From Eledone cirrhosa (taxonomy: Eukaryota): 64,000 nt of DNA. Position numbers and translations under genes: made by a program. Under the pieces are notes generated by a model. That model searched no databases. It had not been told where the DNA came from and saw only the letters and a list, made by a program, of their open reading frames with translations. Below, in pieces: positions 55,243 to 64,000 of the stretch (the first letter of the stretch is position 1; each line of letters begins with the position of its first letter). The DNA is taken from positions 359,352,001 through 359,416,000 of the forward strand of contig OZ024743.1 in assembly GCA_964016885.1 (NCBI GenBank), read 5' to 3'.

Positions 55243-55322
55243 TAGTTCCTGATGAACGGCTCCTTTTCTGTTTACTGTAGTAAAATCGGTGTCCGTAATA
55301 AGGAAACACTCCTGTTGAGTTA
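55243..55322 (+). ncRNA. Candidate type I hammerhead with an irregular stem II junction
   Basis: tagttc CTGATGA acgg..ccgt aataag GAAA ca-ctcc-tg TT gagtta. Confidence 0.45.
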
Positions 55323-55335
55323 TTTTATTTTTGTA

Positions 55336-55535
55336 NNNNNNNNNNNNNNNNNNNNNNNNNNNNNNNNNNNNNNNNNNNNNNNNNNNNNNNNNNNNNNNNN
55401 NNNNNNNNNNNNNNNNNNNNNNNNNNNNNNNNNNNNNNNNNNNNNNNNNNNNNNNNNNNNNNNNNNNNNNNNNNNNNNNNNNNNNNNNNNNNNNNNNNNN
55501 NNNNNNNNNNNNNNNNNNNNNNNNNNNNNNNNNNN
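55336..55535. other. Assembly gap (200 N)
   Basis: Run of N. Confidence 1.
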
Positions 55536-58500
55536 GGTTCAGTCATTTTTCTGGTTGTTGGTGTGTGTGTCTAATTTACCGGCAGCGTAGCAACATGTTT
55601 TTATTAGTGATAATAATAAAGATAATGTATCGTCCAAAGAACTAACACGTGAGAAACAATGGAGTCAACAGCAATGAAGAGAACAGCAGCAGTCAATGAG
55701 TGTATTTATTTATTTTCTTTTTTATTAAGAATAAATGTCACTATATTTTATGGAAAGGAAGGTTGGATGTTGGAGTGTTCAAGTATTTCGTAAGGGCATT
55801 AGTAGCATAAGTTGTGAACTTGAATCAACCAATAATCACCGTCTTTACTAGCTAGAACTAAACCAGTGATTCTCAAAGTGGGTAGCGCTACTTCCTTCAA
55901 GCTACAAGACTCAAAAGGGCTCCTGGAAGGCAAGGGTTGTAGGAAATTTCTGCAAAGCAAAGTATTTTGAAGGAAGAGAAAAGGGGCCAAGAATACAAAT
56001 TAGTAGTGCTCGTAAAAACTGTCACCTTATGTCACCAATAATGGTTCAATAAGAGAAAACGTTAATTGTCAATGTTAATTTTTGATCAAATTTACAGTGT
56101 CTGTATTTGTGAAGGGTGATTGCGATGAAGTATATTTTCTAAAATGAGTGATACCCTAAAATGTGTGGGTACATCTGAGCTAAACTATGGAACTTGTTAT
56201 TGGATATCACAGTTTCTTATATTAAAGTGAGACAAACTCCCAATATTTTAGGGGAGGGAGATATAAGAAGTTTGGCATTGATGCGTCTTTGCAGCATCAG
56301 AGCAAGAAATACCCGAACGCATTTCTTGCTCAATTGTGTCCACCAATAATTAACACCGTATATATTCACGCGAAGGAGATAGAGAGTTATAGGTAGGAAG
56401 TGAGAAAGAGATATAGTACATATCTCTATAGAATAATAAAAAAATACAGAAAGAATTAGTAAGCAATAGCACTTTCAAACATATCAGTAAAAAATATGCA
56501 GATAATTGTTGGAGTTTTAACTGCAATTCCGATGACAAGCATTTTCGGAGAGTCGGATACAGTTTAGATGCGATATTAGAAAAAAAAGAATTTGATAAAT
56601 ATTAAACACTAATTATCATAATTTTTATCTGGAAACACAGTGTCAAAAATTGCATCCTATACATCAAATAAATGCAGTTTTAAACATTATAAAAAAAATA
56701 GAAGTAACGGGCTATAAAATAAGTGTATTCAGTTAGTACTACGAGAAAAAAATAATATTTGTTACAATTAAACTTCAAACTAGAGAACTATGGAGTTTTT
56801 ACATATTTAACAAGTAATTTGTTCTATGGAACTGAAGTAATTTAATCTTGGAAGAGCATTTTTAGCTATTGAAAATAATATACGCAAACAAAAACTGTTA
56901 TATCCACATTTCATTTATGTCGGGCGGAGGTCAAAAGTTTTTCATTCTTCTACAATCTGGTCCTTCACACAATTAAAAAGGTTTTAAAAATGTAAAAAAT
57001 TATATGAAATGTGAATAAATCTAAATCTAAAGAAATTTATAGCGGAAGCTGCCGAAGAATTAATTCTGGAATCAGACAGAATAGAAGCTTATCTTTCCTA
57101 GAATAAAAATTGCCATAAATCAATCAAGGACAACAAAATTTAAGGTTGATTGTGATTCAAGTTACAGGAAATTGTGGCGAAAAGAAAGATATGAAATTTG
57201 ACGTTGTAAAAATAGTCTGGAAAAAATTTAAGCGAAGAAGACCACTAGCAGAAGAAAAATACATTAAAAAAGCAAGATATTCACCGGGTTAAAATGTTAC
57301 AGGTTACAATTAACGTCAGAAATACACTAGTGATAAAAACAAACCAATTAATATATATCTAAAAATAATAAAATTGAGACAGCAAAAAATAGAATTGAAT
57401 ATTTTACGTGAACAATTTTTGTTTAAATGGACTGAGAGAAGGAAATCAGAAAATTCAAAAGATCAATTAGAAAAGAATTGAACATATTACAAAATATAGT
57501 AATTTAATGAAATAACTACTATTTTCTAATAAAAAAGCAAAACAACAATAAAAACAAAAACAAAACAAACAAAACAAACAAACAACAGAACTGGATTTCA
57601 CTATTATAATTTTAATCATACAAAAGTTGTAGAATAGACTAAAATATCTGTTTATAAATAAGCGAGAGTCTCAAGGACATATCTTATTGGAAACTATAAA
57701 TATTAATGGAATACGTTTTAAGACTGCTAAACTCATGTTTACTATTCTGAAAAACATTACGTTTCGAATGTCTTGATCTCCGTTCGATGTCAGGTGTTAT
57801 TTTTGCTCTTTGCTCCTTTTATGAAGATATCGATTGAAAAGAACAAAATAGTAGGCCAAGGCGAAAGTAAGAATACATCTCAACAATCAAGATAGGAAAC
57901 AACAACTATAGCAGAAGTGTCAACGAGATGAAATAGAAAAATGAAGAATGAATGTGGTTATGACAACAACGAAAATAATAGATCCCTCCCCCAAAGATAC
58001 AAAGAAATAAAGAAAAGAACTACCAAAGGTCTTCCAAGAACGAAAGCACAAAATAGGAAAGTTGATGTCTTCTGTGTAGGATGAAGTAGTTTTCGTAATT
58101 GAAAAAAAAAAAAAAAAGGATGCCATAAAAAAGTGGGGCAAAAATAGAGATCCATATTACTAATTATCAGAACATTGGCACACAACATTCTATTCATTTA
58201 GTTTAGGTAGGTTTAGTTAGCGTTGTGGCAGCAATTCATCTACTATTTATACTTACAGTAGGAATTGAACTGAACACTACAAGCTAATGAAACAATATAT
58301 CAATATTAGTACACTCGTGTTGTCAATAATGACAACAATGTCGCTGAATGTATTTAATTTCAGAGTCTTGGAAGAGTATGCCATATATACAGAGCATTGC
58401 AGGATATATGAAAAATCAATCATACAAACTGGGCAATTTCCATTTTGATAAATTATTGGTTTGCATAAGAGAAATCATATAGTTTATGTTGATTGCTGAC

Positions 58501-58840
58501 ACGTAGAAGTGATTAAGGATAATAATGATATAATAATTTATTACTAGAATATAATTAGATGTATATTCAGCATATATGTACAGGGCTAAATGAGTTCAAG
58601 TTTATTTTTAGGGTTTGCAACCCCTAAAAACAAATTTGAACTCTTGACACAATGGAGTCCCCCGCCACACACACACAGCACGCAACAAAAGAAAAGAAAA
58701 AATTTAATTTACTTTTAGCTATTCTTAGCTATTTTTACACAATCTATTAGTAACTTGAACTCTTAATACAATGGAACACCTCCTAAATTTCCTATGTGGA
58801 AAGGATTGACTACAGAGCTGCCTCTACTTACAATACCGAA

Positions 58841-60300
58841 TTACTTTTTGTATGAGATACATACCTGGGCTTTCTCCACAGGTGGCCCTCTGGTGTATTC
58901 CCCTATTGGGTAATTTTCCTTTGTCGCTGCTGATCTGAACAATCTCCACTCCATTTCCATGTCTCCAGTTTGCTCTGGGAGTTCTCTGAACTTGGATGCA
59001 ATAGAGTATGCATACCTAGTCCTGACTTCCTTATCCACCAACGCTTCCCACTTTATTCTGTAGATCGTCCTGGACCTTCGATCTTTGTGGGCTTCTTTGG
59101 CTTTAGGTAGTCTCAAGTTGCAGATAACTAGATGGTGATTAGTTGACATCTCAGCCCCTCTCTTAACACGAACATCCAGTACAGAATCGAAGAGATCAGT
59201 GACAATAACAAAATCAATTATTGATCTCAGTCCCTGAATGCCTTTACACCATATATATTTATGGATGTAACTGTGCTGGAAGGTGTTCATAATAAAGAGT
59301 TTATTACTAGAACAGAAGTCTAATAAGGCATCTCCATTCGTATTTAGATCTAGGTCACTCTTCCTTCCAATTAATCCTTTCTATGTCAAGTGGTCAGTGC
59401 CAACATGTGCATTGAAGTCTTTCATCAGTGTATCTGACTCAGTTGTAACTACATCTAATGTTGGAGTGACTTCATCAAGGGATCTGTTTTCGGACAACTT
59501 GTTTGGTGCATAACCACAAAGACCTGTCTTTCAGTCTAAGATCCAAGAGGCAAATCCCCCCACTACATGGGATTCAGTCCAGAACACATTCTAACAGTCG
59601 ATGGCTTGTGACTATCCCCACTCCAACCTGTTCAGTCATCTCTAATGTCACAGCTGAATAGTGGAGTTTCCATCCACCCTTCAAATCTACAGTACCAGAG
59701 TCACGAAAACCCCCAATGTATCTAACCGATAGCATCTAGCCTCCTCCACTAGTTTCTGCTCCTTACCTATAAGTGTTGTGATGTTCCAGGTTCCAATTCT
59801 CAAGGTTTGTTCCCTTTCGAACCGACTTTGGAGTTTCCGGAATCGCAATCTTTGAGCATCCATCCCACGCCTCCCAGGACAGGTCGTAGGCCCATCGCCA
59901 GTTTTTGTGGCATACTACAATATATTTTTCGGGCAGGTCTCTCTACCTAAGACCTTGTTAACCCGCACGAAGGACGATGCGGTATGGATCTTTTTCGTAT
60001 TCCTCACTATATTGCAGTTTTGGTGGTCGAATTCGCACCAGCCACCAATCTGGTACTTTCTATAACCCACGAAGAGTAGGCGTTTTTAGAGGCGGCCTTT
60101 ACTTGCCTGGTCATAGCTACATCACTGGGATATGAGAGTTTTCTGGGAAGCTACATGTGTCACCCATTGTTCTATTCCTCCCTCTATTAGTTTACCGGTG
60201 TTGGTCTGCAGTTGCTTATTCGTCCCGCAGCTGCCCGCTTGTATGACAACTAACCATCATAACTGGTGGCAGTATCGCTATCCGCAACATGCGACCCTTT
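58841..60300 (-). mobile_element. RTE-clade LINE 5' part: UTR plus disrupted APE endonuclease, no RT
   Basis: LRIGTWNITTLIGKEQKLVEEA (about 59745-59805), DFNAHVG, MNTFQH...SIIDFVIV..DVRVKRGAEMSTNHHLV. Confidence 0.82.
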
Positions 60301-63300
60301 TTTTAGCAGAACAGCTCTAGAGTAAATCAAACATCTAATCCGAAATACTAATGAGATAAGAAGAAGAAAACTTTATCTCTATTTCGGCACAGGAGATATA
60401 TTCTGTTCTTTTAACTGCCTTAGTAACATACACTATGAAATGACAGTAACCATATTACGAACTACCGATCATTCAACATATTACCTCCTACTCTGTAACC
60501 TCGATCTTCCGTTTTAAAATACACAGTGACTTATAAATACTGAAGCCGTTAAACAGCCTTTAAAACTTACACTACACCCACAACCTCTTACAAAAAATTA
60601 CGTTACATACGTAATAGTGTCACTCAAAGGGAAATAGTTACACTTTATGATATCAAATATTTTGAATTCCAAGTTATATTTATATTTTAGGGAAGGATGG
60701 GACAGTACAATGCTAAATCCGGTTGTAAGAAAGATCAAACAGTTATATTTTGTATGATGTACAACAAGAACGAGAAAAATTACGCGTGTAATGAAAAGAG
60801 ATATAAAAAACTGAGAAAGCAAAAAAGTGCGGAACCAAATAAAAATGTATGGGGATTAAAGCATGAAAGCGTTGCTTTTTACACATAGCAATGCATATCG
60901 TTCAGTTCTATCAACATCATTTACAGAGAAGCAGAGAGGGAGAGGGAGAGATAGCGATCGAGAGAAGAGAGAGAGAGAGCGGGAGAGAGAGAGAGAGAAA
61001 TAGAGAAGGAGAAAACGAGAAAGAAAAGAAGGGAAAGTTTGATGTATGCGATGAATGTAATGAAAAGGAAAATGTGGATTTTACATATAATGTATCGATA
61101 CCACAAAGGGTTTGAAATATAACTATGTTTTTGCAGCGCATATACTAGAGCGAAGTGGTGATTTTCCGATTATTAGAAAGATATAACGCACAAGCAACGT
61201 CAGAATCGATAGTAACCTCAGTAACTCAACAGCAGCATAAAATACTACGCCAAAAGTAGTATTAGCAGGCAAGATAAAATAACAATCAACAAGAAGGATG
61301 CAAGCGCTGCTGTTCGGTTAACAATTTTATGCGGTTCCGCGTTTCATCCTACATCACGACACATTGGCCAAATATCTTCCAGCATAGCTTCATGTACACA
61401 AATGTCTTGTAATATATATAGCATACTTTTCAATATTTTGACTTCTTCAATTACTTTCCGGTGTTCAATACTTCACTTGTTTGCTTCTCTGTTTATATGT
61501 CCGTGTCTATATTAACCTTGTTGTTTAGCCGCAGGTTAGCCCTGATCAACCAGACCTATGATCGATAGCAATCCAACCGTGTCATTTCTGTCTTTTCACA
61601 GTATTTAAGAGTACATTATTGAATACGTTGTTTTCCCTTTTCAAGATGGTATCGTATGATTTAGGAGAGATTTTTAGGCTACTTCTAGCAAGCCTGACAA
61701 CCATTTAAAAGCTTCCTTGTAGGCGTGTTTTATACTGGAGGAAGACCAGTATTATGTTACCTGAGGCTAAGTAACTTCTAAAAAATCTAGGTTAATTGCC
61801 TGATTCTTGAGTGATCGAAAACAAGTTTACCTGATTAAATACTGTAGTAAATAATATAATATACTTAACTAAACAATCCAATGACTAGAATTATTAAAAA
61901 CAAATGAATTAAAATGTTAAGCTGGTATCATTCAGACTAACTTTTTCCAACATTACGTTGTGCATTCACATAATATTGACTTTTACATTATTACACAATA
62001 CGCTAGTACAATATATCTTACTTAATTACTCTAATTACACAATCAGATGTAGAATTACACTAAGAACATTGTAATATCTCGTGACTGTCACACTCTTTAT
62101 TTCGTATGCCTAAGGTAGCAGTAACTGTTGGACACCGGATTAAGTAGTTTTATATAGATCCACCCACATACTGAGAAAAGTTTTCCTGACACTACTCTAG
62201 AGTCGATAACATATGTATAGACATATACTGTGGTCAATTTGATCGATTATATTCCTCTTCCATTGTTCATTTTGTAGTAAACGAAATCAATATTTAGTCT
62301 ATATATACCGTATAATAACAGCTGCAGCAACATCAGCATGAATTATATAAGAAGGATAAACCACATATAAGAATACAAAGGTGAAATTATATATAAATAA
62401 TCAACTCCGACAATAGCGACTACATTGGGATCTAACTGCAACAACAACTACAAATCAATCATATTCCAAATTCAATAGTATTGAGAGTGTCTTCTCTTAG
62501 AATTCAGAACAACAGCTAACATTACATATGGTTTATTGCATAAAGCATTTAATGGATCTACAATATATAAATTTGTGCTTTATTTCACAATGTTGAACCA
62601 CATACTATATCGCACAATATCCATTCATATTTTTTTAAAATTATAATCCTTGCTTTTTCATACTAGTTATGTTAAATTTAACGCCTGTGCCAAATCCTGA
62701 GGTTCACCACACCAGAGCCTGTCTCTGCTTCATTATTGCAAAACAACTCGGAGTAAAGGCACCTCTTATATTGGATGCCATTTAGCCGCAGTGTTAAACC
62801 CTAACTACGGCTGATACTCATTTTATCAGCCAAGTGTGTACTAGAGCTACGTGAACTGAAGTGCCTTGCTCAAGGACACCGCGCCTCACAATTTTAATTT
62901 TCCCAACAGGTCATTGCAATTGTCCTATTACCACTAATGCTGATTACAATCTATGATTCGTGAATGTATCATCAGTGTTTATACTTCGTTACATTATACT
63001 GCAGGTGATCATTAAGTTAAATCTCATGTGAAGCTGTTATTTCTACTTCTCTCGGTACAATTGTCATCTATTTCAATAAGTCTTTACCAACACCCTACAA
63101 TAATAAATGCTATAGGCAGATTATATTTTTGTTAAAACAATACTACAAAAGTCTATGTAAGATGGCGGATGCATATAGTTTTGGGGAAAATTCATCACTG
63201 ATTAAAACCAAACATACTGTGTGTTCGAGTTTCTATGGCAATTCATTTCTTCACGTTGACAGAGCATATTTGCACATGCCAAGAAACAGAGTGGTCTATC

Positions 63301-64000
63301 AAGTAGAAGAAAACATATGACAGTTTAATTGGCAATTAATTTGCCACCATATTGTCCTAATTAGATATGACATAACACAAGGAATATAGCACAATCCTTG
63401 TGTTTTTTATTGTAAACACTGAATATATACGAACAGATATTTCAATAAAGCGAAGAGATTTCTATTGCGGATAAAATAAAAATATAATAAATAAGAAAGA
63501 AATGTTTGAAATGAAAGAGAAAGAAAAGAAATTAGAAAATATTGAGAATATGCGATAGTTAATATCAAATTGATATGACTCATTGAATGAGAAAATTTGA
63601 AATTTTGAGGGCTAAGGTCAGTCATGGAGTAAATTGGACAGCACTTGAGAATTGGTCGTTAGATTTTTGAAACAACAGCAAACAACTTGTGAACAATTCG
63701 ATAGAAATAATAAAGCTGTTTAGAAATTTTAATTATTTCCTTTCACTCTCAATGGAATGGGCTACATCTGTTTAACATCACATCACGAGCGTAATTTACA
63801 GTGTAAAGTACATATGACATAAAATAACACAGCATGCGATTATTGTCAATAGCATCACTTATTTCATAGTTGTCATATTAGGATTTCAGAATCAGTTGAA
63901 TATCGTAGAAAATAGCTTTCTTTGTTTAGATTGCGTTCGAAGATGTTCAGTAGTTCAAATCTCACTAATGCCATTCACTTTACTGAGGTTTGCCATTCAC

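Noticed and set aside
55862-56178. hAT-like MITE starting cagtgattctcaaagtg
   Set aside because: No convincing matching TIR or 8-bp TSD
56900-57500. Possible very old LINE RT remnants (also 28330-28900)
   Set aside because: Only faint motif echoes with many stops; not supportable
59870-60130. HDV-like ribozyme in the RTE 5' UTR
   Set aside because: Some hairpins present, but the nested double pseudoknot could not be assigned by eye; needs a descriptor search
60320-64000. Host-gene exons in the unique-looking terminal region
   Set aside because: Short ORFs with no recognisable domains or convincing splice pairs; needs RNA-seq

Overview
Non-coding, AT-rich, microsatellite-dense animal DNA. 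Its repeat content (tRNA-headed SINEs, Dong/R4, Tx1, CRE-like, RTE, CR1, Penelope, Helitrons, long (TA)n/(CA)n tracts) suggests an octopus or other cephalopod genome; this is inference only. No intact host gene was found, and most ORF-track entries are microsatellite translations. Recognisable coding remnants are two Dong/R4-type RLE retrotransposons (one nearly intact, inside a (TAA)n tract), a Tx1-like LINE, three CRE-like RLE fragments, Penelope GIY-YIG/RT fragments, an RTE endonuclease and a CR1 fragment. There is a 200-N gap at 55336-55535. The main hidden signal, read by eye, is about eight unrelated non-coding families that each carry a type I hammerhead ribozyme (stem I-CUGANGA-stem II-GAAA-short, often palindromic stem III-NUH-stem I), plus two families showing only the GAAA half. 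Most sit in (TA)n tracts as tandem arrays (430, ~548 and 595 bp units), fold-back palindromes or both, consistent with retrozyme or Penelope pseudo-LTR derivatives. One family has a compensatory U3-A8 core (UUGAUAA). Several insertions are truncated or folded back inside hammerhead stem II. All folds were worked out by hand and none has been tested for activity.
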